64,000 bases of DNA. Origin: Rhynchopus sp. YZ270_cl-10. Lineage: Eukaryota. Positions 20,581 to 32,851 of this stretch are shown here, piece by piece. The notes under the pieces are model-generated. The model did not search any database, had not been told where the DNA came from, and saw only the letters and a program-made list of their open reading frames with translations. The stretch covers positions 1,426,001 through 1,490,000 of the forward strand of contig OZ037843.1 in assembly GCA_964035575.1 (NCBI GenBank), read 5' to 3'. Position 1 is the stretch's first letter. Every line of letters begins with the position of its first letter. A program made the position numbers and the translations under genes.

Positions 20581-22445
20581 TAGTGTGAGAACGATCGTGA
20601 CGGTTTTTTTCAAGATCTTGAACTTTTTTTCAAGATCTTGACATTTTTTTTTTTTTTTTCACGATCGTTTTTTTTTTTCACGATCGTTTTTTTTTTTTCC
20701 CCTAGTAGTACAAGGGGCATGGGCGTGAAATGGGTGGCAAGGGAGAGTTTCTGGGTTCTACTTGGACTTTTTTGACCGACTCTTTTCCTTGAAACGATTT
20801 TGTGGCGAATCTTTCAAATAAAGCAAAAATCGAGAACATTCTCACACCAGAATCCCCCCCAACGGATGTCGCCAGCGAGGCACTAAAACCAGAAAACCGT
20901 TTTTACCCATAGCAAGTGCCACTATAGTGGCGCACGAATGCCACACGTTGGTAGGGGTAATGGGGTTCTACTCATTTTCGTAAAGACATTTTTTTTCTGT
21001 GTGACAAGAATAAGGCAAGAATCGACAACTTTCGTGAAAATGTCATATCGTTGGATGCTGGAGGGAGGTGGGTCAACCCTAGGAAAACGACTTTTTTTGG
21101 CGCTCACCCCCAAAATCACCCCCTGCCTCGTGACTTCGCCCTGCAAACAGAATTCTACTCAAAATCGTAAAATAAATTATATTTCGTAAGAATTGATGTC
21201 GATCTTTTAGATAAAGCCAAAATCGAGCAGTTTTGATGATTAGGTTAGTGCAGCCGTAACAAGGAGAACACAGGGTAAAATCCCTTGGTTTTCCCTTGCT
21301 GTACTGTATGTGTTAAAAAGTGTGTATTGGTGTACGGGAGAGATGCGCGTTTAAAGTTGCAACATTTTTAGGCTGATTGACGTGGGCCTGGCATGCCCCA
21401 TTTTTCACTTTTTACCACCGATTTAATTCGATCACCATCGAACACTGGGAAAATTTCTTGGTCAGTTTGGGGTATAACACGTGTATGACCTAATTTTAGG
21501 TGGTCAGAAGTGGAGTCTGACCCCCGTGCCCACATCATTTTTGAGCATGTTTTTTGGTTTTCCTCTGGAGAATATGGTCAGATCACTCTTCAGACCACCA
21601 GCCAACGAAATATACCGTAATTGTACAGAGGTTGGACAGTACAAAAGTTGGGGCTTTTGGCCAACTTGGCCTGGTGTTGAACCGCATCCCCCGCCACAAT
21701 GGGCATAAATGTCCTCTTGGTCCGTAAAGGGTTAAAAAGAGTGTCTCACGATACACATACAACCACTCGCGATTGGATAGATATTATAACAAAGGGAATT
21801 CAGAACAAAACAACACCCTGCCCACACACTAAATTGCCATGCTTCAAGAGCATGCCTGCCGGGCCAAAAATTACTGTGGCAAAAAGGCAACAAGACCACC
21901 CACAAAGAGTGTGAATTGTATTGGATGGACAGGGGTTTGCACAGTGATGATGTTACTACGACTAGGTTTTTGGCGATATTACATGTGCATGTTACATGCC
22001 ATGCCGTGACGTGCTGCTTCATGGTATACGCATGTCATAGAATGTCGCGATTTTTTACGATTCGTATTTCGGGTTTTGCGAATTTTGTTCCAGAAAAGTA
22101 CACCCCAAAAATGGCAAAAAAGGTGACATTTTACGTCAAAACACCGCTAAAAGTTACTCTCGGCCGATTTCAGGGGGGTTGTGGGCACCTGTGGGGGCTC
22201 CCTCCCTGGTGTGGGCCAGCGATCAACGACATAATATGGGAAAAAAAAAACGATCGTTTTTTTTTTCCTTCACGATCGTGAAGAAAAAGGTGCTTTTTTT
22301 TCACGATCGTGAAGAAAAAAAAAAAAAAAAACGATCGTTTTTTTTTTCTTCACGATCGTGAAAAAAAAAAAAAAAAAAAAAGACCGATCACTTTTTCCCA
22401 GATTCGTAAAAAAAAAAAAAAAAAAAAACGATCGTTTTCACCCTA
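20581..22445. mobile_element. Possible hAT-like element with ACGATCGT subterminal repeats
   Basis: Imperfect TIRs TAGTGTGAGAACGATCGT / ACGATCGTTTTCACCCTA and clustered (C)ACGATCGT motifs at both ends; no clear TSD. Confidence 0.45.
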
Positions 22446-23561
22446 TGAAAAAAAAAATAAAAAAAAAATGAAAATTGTGGCACAATACCGATTGTTTGCA
22501 ACCCCCCCCTCTTCCCCACGAGCCTTTCGTCACACATTGTAAAAAGATGTGCGAATTGGGGTTCGTCTTTCCACCTTTTTTTCGAAGCATTACTTTTTAT
22601 GTACAGTGAGATAACCTCGAGGATACGGTACCGGCGCCCACAGTGGCGTTTGGTTTCGCAGTTGCAACGACCATGTTTTGTTTGTCAGTGCCTGCGTCCC
22701 AGAGGCGTTTGCACTATCAACTTCACTTTGTTTGGGATGTGTGTGCACGAGAGGCACATCAAATTTTCTCTTTTGTTGATGTGACTAAAGCACACTAGTG
22801 GCTTGGGTTCATCTTATAAACTTTTTTGTTTGTTTGTTTTAGCCTCAAACTGGATAGACCGCATGTTGGGGGTCCACCCAGGTGCACCGGTCATGTACGC
22901 CAAGGTACGCTGTTCAGAGAGGGCTTTTGTATAAAAAAAAATTGATATCGACTGAGATTCCTTTGTTTTCGGTTCCCTTGTTTTTTGGGTTGTTATGGAC
23001 AAATTTGATGTACCAAAGGTACAGTGTCATGAGAGGGCTTTTGTATTGCAAATCAACTTTGATTTTTATCTTGCTGTTGTTGTTTCAGGGAATGCGATGC
23101 TGTCACCCCGGGGGAGCTGGCATTATTAGCCTGTTAAGTCACCATGTTAAAAACTTTTTTTCTGTTGAATTTCACTCATGGCCACAAAAACCGCTTATTT
23201 TTTTGTGGTACATTTTTTGTTGATCTCTATACTTATGCTCTTATTGCATGCATAATTATTATGTTGAAATACTTTGTCATTAGGTCTCCTTTATCTACTG
23301 TTGTAGGCCGCAGGGTACTTTTGCTTTCATCAGGGATGGCTTGCATCGCACAGTGGGTCAGTCGGAGGTGCCTGCATCGACAACTACATGTTTGTGTCCC
23401 TGCAGTCGGTCCCATATCCAACAGTGTCCATACACCACCAAGGGTACACAAGAGGAGTGTATTTGATGGCACTCCTCTTTGTTTCCTCCCGTGACTACCT
23501 GATAGTAGTCTAAAAATCAAACAAACATATTTCGCGTTCCCCACACCTAATAGTGGCAGTA

Positions 23562-23667
23562 TTGTGATGGGGGCCCATTGGAAAACGCAAAATACATCAA
23601 AATACATCACCGTGTATTGCGATGTATTTTGATGTATTTTGCGTATTCCAATGGGCTCCCATCACAA
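23562..23667. mobile_element. Short palindromic MITE-like hairpin
   Basis: TTGTGATGGGGGCCCATTGGAAAACGCAAAATACATCAAAATACATC followed by its near-perfect reverse complement. Confidence 0.65.
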
Positions 23668-23670
23668 ATA

Positions 23671-23833
23671 CACGACGTTGAAGTAAATTACTTTATTTGT
23701 GGTTTTGCATGTCATTTTTTTTACTTGTGTTTAAGCTGTACGCTTACGTTTTTATGTGTGCCACAAGTAAACTATTTTCACAAGTAAAATTACATGTAGA
23801 ACCACAAGTAAAGTCATTTACTTCAACGTCGTG
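23671..23833. mobile_element. MITE with TA flanks
   Basis: TA|CACGACGTTGAAGTAAA ... TTTACTTCAACGTCGTG|TA. Confidence 0.75.
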
Positions 23834-24250
23834 TACTGCCACCATTACCCACACCCCTCGACGTTGCCTTTCTGAGGCAACTGAGCACGGAAGGCTTAGG
23901 TCATATGATGTCAACTTTGCTTTCTTTACATTTCTTTTGTCACCTCATGAAGGAGGAAATAGAAACGTATTTTGAACACTCCTTTTGCGGTTCTGGGGGA
24001 CGAACCGCGCTGCAGAGAGCCACACCTTACCAAAACAGGTCGAGGTATTGCGGAGGTGTTGTGCGTTTCACCACAACCTTTGTGTGACGTAGTGTTACGT
24101 TTCTATATTTTTGTTGTTTTAAAAGGGTATTTCACTGAGTAGCGTCCACACCAGCTCTTCTCTGGGTGGGGGCTCATTTTACCTCTTCTTTGGTTGTATA
24201 TTTTAGTGGAATAGTGCTTCGCAAAACCCTATTATAGACGTTCCTAATCC

Positions 24251-24325
24251 AAGCAATATTTTTCAGCTAGAGGAAGCAAAAGTCGTAACAAGGTTGCTGT
24301 AGGTGTAACCTGCAGCAAGATCATT
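24251..24325 (+). pseudogene. Orphan fragment of the 18S rRNA 3' end
   Basis: TAGAGGAAGCAAAAGTCGTAACAAGGTTGCTGTAGGTGTAACCTGCAGCAAGATCATT contains the universal AAGTCGTAACAAGG motif, the terminal helix and the GATCATT end, with a 1-nt insertion. The rest of the rDNA unit is not recognisable. Confidence 0.85.
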
Positions 24326-25312
24326 GCCCCCTAACGTCATTCACGTAACAGTTGCCAAGGCTGTCGAGACAGTGTTGTGTCAGACCAGAATCCCCGCAGC
24401 GAAAGGGGATGCCTGTCTGCAGCTGTTATTTTTGGTTGTACTAATTTTTCAGTGACTACGAGGGCACAGTTCCCCAAAACAGTTCCCCCATCTCAGTGGG
24501 AGAGTGTCGCATGCACAACGGGGGGTAAGTACAGTGTGGGCTGGTCATATTTTTTTTGGCCACTTATTTTTCTTCACTTTTCAAAAATATGTTGTTTTTG
24601 GTGCTCCTGAAAACCCCATTTTGCGTAGTTGTTGCGTACTTGGTATTTTTTTATTTCAGGAGCACCAGTTTTTCTTTTCTTTTCTTTTCGTGTGCAGTTA
24701 CTCGTGTTTCCAAATTGTGATAAGACCCCCTTTTCTTCCTTTACACGACAACGATTTGCACGACATAACAAGTACACACTTGACAAGCAGTTATCGTTAA
24801 CGCTTCCTGTTAATGTGCTTGTAACATGTTTTGTTATGTCATGACAAATATCGTCGTGCACCCTCTCTCCCCTAAAAATTCCAGCACAGTAGGTCGCACG
24901 CTGTGACCACTGTACCCTCCCCCCTCAGGTATGGCAAAAGAAAAGCAGGTTCCTTAGCACTTACCGTTTTTTTAGTTATGTTGCGTTCCGTGCTAACTGG
25001 CATGTTACCCTGTGTTGTTTTTCACATGGTTCGCATTCAAAATGCAGGAGCAAAAAACCTCCCAACAAAACACCCAATTCCCTTTTTACGTAGTGCTCCT
25101 TTTTATCCACAAGGTGACTAAGCACGAGAGGCTTAGGGTCATCTTATAAGCTTTTCTTTTTTTAATTCTTCGCGTGGATTAGGAGGTGAACAATAAATAC
25201 AAGAGGCACCTTATTTGGGGAAGGAGGCGATGCCCTGGATTAGCACCACACGCAGTGGCTGGGTCTGGTATCGACACTTCCCCTCTATGCCTCTTATTCC
25301 TGATTCATAAAC

Positions 25313-26165
25313 CACGTATGGCAAATGATAATTTATTATGAGATCTCATAATAAATTATGAGATCATTATGCGCTATTATGCGCGCTCATAATAATCGCA
25401 TAATGCATAATAGCGCATAATAGCGCATAATAGCGCATAATAGCACATAATAGCGCATAATGATTATGCGCTATTGTGTGCTCATTATGTGCCCTACCCC
25501 AATGCCCCAAACCAGAAAATACCACCCTCAGATGTCCAAAAATCCATCTGCGCCCGGTTTTGAGCAGTTTTGAGCCTCAAGAAGCCCCGTATCTGCTTTT
25601 TTCAAAAATGTACATACAACTTGTACCTGCCCACCCCTCGTAGATAGAGCAACTCACACATTCATCACGCCTCAGTGTGAGCCAGGGGCCAGAAAAGCCC
25701 CCAAAGCCACATATTTTCACCCCAGAACCTATCCCGAGGGGTACCCAGGCGGTTTCGGGGTGTTTAGAGGGACTTGGTGGAACTTAGAACCATGTTTCAA
25801 AAAGTGTCAAGCACCTGGTACCAAAGGTTTTCCCACCCAAGGTATCTTAAGCCGTCAAAAAACGTGAAGTAGGTAATAAATCAAAGAAACCCCCCTGAAG
25901 TCAATAAAAACCACACCATAGGCCCATTTGTACCCCAAAATCGAATTCCGCCCGGTTTTGGGCACTTTTGACCACTTCTGAGCGACTTTTTTTGGGTGGG
26001 GGGGTGGGGGGTACGGCACATAATGAGCGCATAACGCCGCATAATTGGCGCATAATAGCGCATAATAGCACATAATAGCGCATAATAGCACATAATAGCG
26101 CATAATATCACATGTATTATGAGATCTCATAATAGCGCATAATATATTATCATTTGCCATACGTG
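25313..26165. mobile_element. Non-autonomous TIR element with CACG termini and 6-bp TSD
   Basis: 20-bp TIRs CACGTATGGCAAATGATAAT / ATTATCATTTGCCATACGTG; ATAAAC on both flanks; 10-bp GCATAATAGC repeats near both ends. Confidence 0.85.
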
Positions 26166-26586
26166 ATAAACGCAAAAAAAAAGGGCAAAAAAAATATCCC
26201 CAAAAAAGCAACCCAAACGTCTTCAAAAAAAAAGTAGCTTTCAGGTGACAATTATTGAAACATCACAAAGCAGCACAAAAAAAAAAGTCTCCCTTTTTTT
26301 TTTAGAACCCACGATTTGATATTTTTCGAACGCCTTTTGTGAATCAAGGCGTTCGAGGTCGACAATGTGGCCAGCATTCTTGGGGTGCTGTATAAATAAT
26401 AGACAAGTGTCCACACTCTACTACCAAAGATTTTCAAAAAAAAAAAAGTAGAAATGTATTTCCAGAAGAACGTCACCGTCACTACTTTTTGCAAACTCTC
26501 GGGACCGCCACTACTTCCTCATCCCCCTCCCACCCCTCACCCTCCACCTCCCCCCCTCCACCACCAGCTCTATAGCACATTACACC

Positions 26587-27057
26587 ATGCCCCTGCTCTT
26601 CCTGCTCCTCGTTCTCCTCCTCTGTACGTCCACCAAGGCTACCTGCAGTGAGGGCTTCACCGACGACCCGCGCTACCTTGGGCAGGAGGTCTGTGGACAG
26701 CATGGGGCGGGTGGTGGGGTCTACCGGTGCAACTGCCCGTGGTCGTCGTGCTCGGAGGGGTCGTTCGCAGACGCTGTGTACGCTGGTGGAGAGAACCTAG
26801 GCAGTTGCGAGGCGACAGGGCTGGCAGCCGCGTTCATTGTGTTCGCGGTGCTCGTGGTGACGGTTGTCATCCTGCTCACATCGTGGCTGTGCTGCTGCAA
26901 AGGCGAAGGCTGTTCTGCAACCCGCCCAGGCCAAGGAGGCACCTACGCGCGGAGGAGCAGGCGCAGTGGGTACAACACAGTCGAGGAAGTGGGGGTCGTG
27001 CACTACGAGGCGGTGCAGAGGCCGGAGGCGAGCGCACCTCCTGCTTGTGCAGTCTGA
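26587..27057 (+). CDS. Small Cys-rich type I membrane protein; 156 aa
   Basis: Signal peptide MPLLFLLLVLLLCTSTKA, 6-Cys ectodomain, TM AAAFIVFAVLVVTVVILLTSWL, juxtamembrane CCC; GC-rich coding-like codon usage after a pyrimidine tract. Confidence 0.8.
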   Translation: MPLLFLLLVLLLCTSTKATCSEGFTDDPRYLGQEVCGQHGAGGGVYRCNCPWSSCSEGSFADAVYAGGENLGSCEATGLAAAFIVFAVLVVTVVILLTSWLCCCKGEGCSATRPGQGGTYARRSRRSGYNTVEEVGVVHYEAVQRPEASAPPACAV

Positions 27058-28800
27058 GGAGGAGAAGAAGGGTGCGATGTGATAGCATGTAGTAGGAAAG
27101 AGAGGGTTAAAAGAGTACAATATTGCACAAAACTGGGGCAGGAGGAAAAGGCCCACAAAACCAAGTTTTCAAAAAAAAGGTGGGGGTCTAGTAAAGACCC
27201 CCTGAAGAACGTCCGCGGGGGAGTTTTTTTTTTGGAGGTACACTGTCACAGGGCTTTGTATTATATTTTTTTTCAAGTTGAAACGTAGTTCGATTTTTTT
27301 TTTTTTTTTGTGATGTCTTCGTTTTTTTCTTTCTCGTCACTTCGCTCAATAAAACCTCTTCGCTGTCTTTAAGAAATGTGACTGCTTCTTTCTAGGGAGC
27401 GTTTCCTTTAGACAGTGCAGACAGGCCCAATGCTCTGATCGATTCTGAACCAATCCAATGGCTTCTCTAAGGTGGCTAAGCACAGAGAGGCTTAGGTTCA
27501 TCTCATAAAACGTTTCTCTTCTTTTTGCCGCAACCGAGGGCTGTTCATCCCTCCCCAAAATTGCCACAACTTTTGACATAAATACACCATTGTTTGCTTG
27601 TATGCGAGTAGCCAAAATCTCATAACTTCAGCAGCACGTGGTTGTGCGCCGCCGGCTAACGAAGCGGTTCCGTACCGCCCCGTTTACGGTACAAGGGCTT
27701 CCTTATTGTTCACATCTGTTGTTGGCCAGCGGTGCTTTGCTTTTCATCTGGGGATGGCATTGTACAGTGGGTCAGTCGGAGGTGTGCCTGCGTCAAAGTA
27801 CCATTTTTTTTTTTAAACCCACCCTTTGCAAAATGATGAACTCGACTGAGATGCGTTTTGAGCAGCACGTTTCAACTACTCTAATGTTTGTTTAAAGACA
27901 GAGCATTTTGTGCTCATCATCGTACCACTTTTGTTCAGGTAACTAAGCATGAGAGGCTTCGGTTCATCTTATACATTTTAGACATGCAAATGTGTGGATG
28001 CATCAATGCACACCAGTGCTGTCGTGCCTGATCAGGCTGGTATGGCATTCGCCATACCTTTATTAAATTTGGTTTTTTTTCCTGGTAGGGCAAGGTCCGC
28101 CCTCCTGCCCTACCAGGATTATTTTATTTTATTTTTTTGAGGAGGGGTTCGGCAGGCATTTTGCTAACCATCGTTACGAGTTTTTGGCGTTTTTTTTCTC
28201 ATCGTTTCATCGACCGTGGGAGACCAGAACGCGACTCAATTGGTCAAACGCCGAAGGAAAAGGAAGCATGCAGCATGGCGGAAGAAAAAAAAGTAGCGTA
28301 CCGTGCGCCTGCGGCGCAAGCTTGCAATGCACCCTTCCCATGACACAGTTTGGCTGTAAAAATGGTCAATTTTAAGCGCATTTTTTTTGAAATGTTGCGT
28401 ACCGTGGCTTCGCCAGAAACTTTCGTTTTTAGAAAATACGTAAGTAAACTTTACGGAAACTGACGTTAATTACGAACGACAGCAGCCCCTTTATGGCAAC
28501 ATTTTTTAGAAATACCGTGGCTTCGCCTGGAACCTTTGGTTGCCGTGGTTCTTTTATAGATCTACTGAGGTTACTGATACGACAGCTGACACCCACTACG
28601 GCTTGTGATTCACCCTCCCCACCCGCCTTTCACGATTTTGTGCATCAGAGGGGAGAAAGAGCCTCACCTTTCTGCACTGGCAGGGAGTCGCGCGCGCGAA
28701 GCGCGCGCAGCGACCGCTTTTACGGGGGGAAAGCTCGGGACCTTTTTTTGCGGGTTTTTTTTGGCCTGCCCTACCAGTGCCCTACCTATTAAATTTTTTT

Positions 28801-31033
28801 GAGAAAAGTTCGATTTCGGCCTCGAAAATACCCGTGACACCGATTTGTCACGGTACTTTGTCACGGAATTTTTTTGAAAGATTCGATTTCGTGACAAAAA
28901 AAGTTCGATTTCGTGACAAGCCGATTTTTTCATTGACACACAAAATTCAATTTAGTGACAAATGACTTTTTTCATTGACAAAAAAAAATTCGATTTCGTG
29001 ACAAATCCATTTTTTCATTGACAAAAAAATGTCATTGAAAAATATGGATTTTGTCAAGGAAAAAGTCGTGACAGCCAACCCGCCAGTCACTGAAAAGTGA
29101 CCAGACAGCCACTTGACAAACACAAAAGAGGCCATTCTTGAGCTGTCTAGAAACCTAAGGGCAGAGACTGAAGACACAAGGTATGATAACTTTATGATTA
29201 TGCAAGACTTAGTATATCGCGAACACGGTCAGGCTTGCACGCCTCTGGCCAGAGGCCAGCCCCACTAAATGATATGCAGCAGACACTCATTGCAGATTTC
29301 ATTTTCATTCGGTAAAAAATTAATGGGTGCGCAAGTTTCTATACCTAATACCCCAACCCTCACCCATACATTCCATTACACACACCAAAACAGATCGAAT
29401 CCACCAGCGCATGCGACGGAAGCAGATTCAGATTGTGGTTTGATAAGCAGAGTTCGGTTATTATGGTGGTGGAAAGGGGGGTGGGAACACTTTGTCAGTC
29501 ACTGCTATAGCCATTAACCAGGGAGCATAGCTAGTGCAAGAAATTCGACTTTGGAAACCTTCCGGAAAGTCTGTCCTCTGCTTCCGGAGGACTAGACACA
29601 AGAAAATATTGTTTGTTCCCCCAGAAAACCAGTGCACAATTCACACTCCTTGTGGGTGGTCTTGTTGCCTTTTCGTCATAGTAATTTTGGCCCAGGCATG
29701 CTCTTAAAGCATGACAATTTAGTGTGTATGGGGCAGGGTGTTGTTTTGTTCTGAATTCTCTTTGTTATAACATCTAAGTCAATCGCGGGTGGTGGTTTGT
29801 GTAGCGTGAGGCACTCTTTTTAGCAAACTTCCTGCGGCTGCTAAAGTGTTATTTCTTCGGATTTAACAACGTACAGCGTAACATAGTGGTTTAGCCTGGT
29901 CGACACAACCTTTGATAGATACGGGATAACCAACCCCCTTCGACCCCTCGTGGGTTCACTGAACAAGCCCTCGTGGTAGTTAAACGCGATTGACATTTAC
30001 ATTTCCTAGAGATGAAAGAACAAGATAACACTTCTGTACCCGCGCATCAAAATTGTGGAAAACTTTGCACCCCAAACACCCTCAACAACGCCCGCCAAAA
30101 GGCGCCCCTTGTTGCTGGGAGTTGGTTCTCATGTTTGATACACTGCACAGCGGGCATTCCTCTGAGTCCAACGCATGTTTGGCCTGTCTGCGGCGTTGTA
30201 CTTCAGGTGCACGAAGACAGGGTCTGGTGGTAAATTTTGCGTAGTACTGCGACGTGGTACTACGTGGGTCTGGGAACCTGGTACCTGGGTACAGGATATT
30301 TGTTGTAAAGACATCTTCCACCATGCATTGAGGAGGGTAAGACAGTGTTCGCAGTTTCTACCTGATAGCATTACACATTTAACTTCTCCACGGGAGTCTT
30401 GGGCCGTTCATTCGGTTATACCTTGACTACCGGAAGATATTCTTGAGGCCTTTTTGGTCTCTAGAATATCCGGTCTTCCCGAACGGAGGCACACTTTGTG
30501 TGTTACTACGACCTGGCAATTTCCAGCAGTAGGTTAAGTAATCTTTCTTGTAAATTGTTGGATCATTATCTCCTCAGTGCATGCATGCCCCACGTGACTG
30601 GACACTTTTGTGTTTGTCATGTGGAGCTGTGGTTGCTCTTTCACGACTTTTATCCTTGTATCCAGTGTACCCAGTACCCAGTGCCCTGTCACGACTTTTT
30701 CCGTGACAAAAAGTTTGGTTTCCTTGACAAAATCCATTTCTGTCACGACTTTTTCCGTGACAAAAAGTTCGGTTTCCTTGACAAAATCCATTTTTTCATT
30801 GACATTTTTTTGTCACTGAATTTTTGGATTTGTCACGAAATCGAATTTTTTTTTGTCAATGAAAAAATCGGTTTGTCACGAAATCGAATTTTGTGTGTCA
30901 ATGAAAAAATTGGTTTGTCACGAAATCGATTTTTTTTTGTCACGAAATCGAATCTTTCAAAAAAATTCCGTGACAAAATTCCGTGACAAATCGGTGTCAC
31001 GGTAATTTTCGAGGCCGAAATCGAACTTTTCTC
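28801..31033. mobile_element. Mutator-like (MULE) element with long internally repetitive TIRs and 9-bp TSD
   Basis: Inverted arms 28801-~29072 and ~30686-31033 begin GAGAAAAGTTCGATTTCGGCCTCGAAAAT and are built of TCGATTTCGTGACAA repeats. AATTTTTTT flanks both ends. About 1.6 kb of heterogeneous interior. Confidence 0.85.
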
Positions 31034-31148
31034 AATTTTTTTTCAAAACTCAGCGACAGCACTGATGCACACAACAAGAACTACCAAAGAAAGAGAGACA
31101 TACTTTTCGTTTCTCTCTCTTTTCCCATAGGATCACACCCTTGGCATA

Positions 31149-31248
31149 CAGTGCACACGAGTCGTATAATCGGATACGATATGAAATTATTGCTTCTCTC
31201 TCGGATCCCGAATACGATAATATACTATAATACGACTCGTGTGCACCG
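31149..31248. mobile_element. 100-bp Tc1/mariner-type MITE
   Basis: TA|CAGTGCACACGAGTCGTAT ... ATACGACTCGTGTGCACCG|TA. Confidence 0.75.
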
Positions 31249-32851
31249 TATGTCTAGGGGTGTCCTGCAGATACAGAAGGGAAAATACAGTCCCTTTTAT
31301 AATTGATACAGCATAGCAAAACAGATACAGTGCCACACACCCCCTCGCTCGTGGGGCTAAATATTGCAGCTACTTTTCTTATGTTTACTTTTTTTTTCCG
31401 GAAGTGCTCTTTGTGTTGCGGAGAAGGGTTGGGGTGAGTGAAACGACGTGACACTTTCCGCTCACAAAGTAGTGTGCGTAAAAAAAAAGCTACTTTTTCC
31501 AAATGTGCGATTTTCAGCAACTGTTTAAACAGTGTGTCTACGGTAATACAAAAAATCGACCAAAAAAAAATTACTGCAAACAAATGCAAATCCCTTCAAA
31601 TCAGTATGCATTAAGACGCCCAAGTGACAACACAATAGAACCTATCCTGATGAGCCCCCCTTTTTTTTTGGTCGCATACTGCGAGTTTTCCTGGATGCGC
31701 AGGAAAAATGACTGGGGAGTGTTGGTGGCTCCGTGACGCCACAGAGCCGGCACACTAGTTGAGTGCCTCACAAAACCTAAAATTACTTCTTTGCTTTTAG
31801 CTATTGTCTTCACGCTTTATCGTTGTTGTTGGGTTGGGAATTAAAAGGGGAGAAATGTTGTGTGCACACGAGGTGCATTCAATCCTTCATTTTTTATCTA
31901 CTGTTGTAGGCCGCAGGTACTTATGATTTCATCCGGATGGCGGGCATCGTACAAATGGGTCAGTCGGAGGTGCCTGCATCAAAAACTACAGTTTTTTATT
32001 CAATTTGATAAAGTTTCTATGGAAAAAATGGCTGGGCGAGTAATTTCAGGGTTTACTTTATTTCACGGGCGTGAAATAAAGTATTACACGTATTTTAGCC
32101 GTAAAAAGTCTGGCCGTGAAAATAAAGTAACATTATTTCACGCTCACGGCCAAAAGTGGTTTTTCCCATACAAATTCAAAAATCCACCCCCTTGCAAAAA
32201 AATTTTTTGACCCTATTTTTGGTGCTCTAAAGTGGAGTCTGACCCCCATGTCCAGATCTCAAAAATGCACGATGAGTCAAATAAAGCAACAGATTTCATG
32301 TTTTGAGTAGTTGTGGTAATGTGGTCTAATTTTTGCTTAGGGGGCTACTCTTCAGGGGGGTCTACTATTTGACCCCCCAGTAATAGTATTGGTAGAAAAC
32401 ACGGTGCATACAACTTTTGTGTCCTTGTTTCCTCACAACAACTATGGGGAGGAAGCCGAAGACGTGGGTGATGAGGAACACGGAGGTCAGCATAAAGGAA
32501 GAGGCAGACACTGCAATGGATAACACGCTCGCAACAGCTTCATCAACCGCACACGAGAAGGAGTACATGAAGTGTTGCACCTATGTCCGAGTCAAAGAGA
32601 ACATAAAGAGTGCAGCCTAGCTCCTCTGCACCAACATGTGAGATGTTCACATCGCACATAGTACTTTAAACACCTACATGATACGGGGTCAGGGAGTATT
32701 TTTAAAATGGGGGTATTTTTCTGTAGTACCTACCCCCCACCCACCCTCTGCCTCGCAAACACCACTCACCACGGGTTTATTATGACACACCACGTTTTCT
32801 CCTTCACACGTTCATCCATTTTTTCCATCTCAACTTTATCAAATTTTGAAT

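Noticed and set aside
25122..25132. ACGAGAG hairpins as 28S sarcin-ricin loop fragments
   Set aside because: They lack the AGT...GAAC flanks and surrounding LSU sequence, and the stems are unrelated.
32444..32620. Recombinase or transposase N-terminus next to hairpin E1
   Set aside because: The ORF is short (about 58 codons) with no diagnostic motif; cannot be supported.
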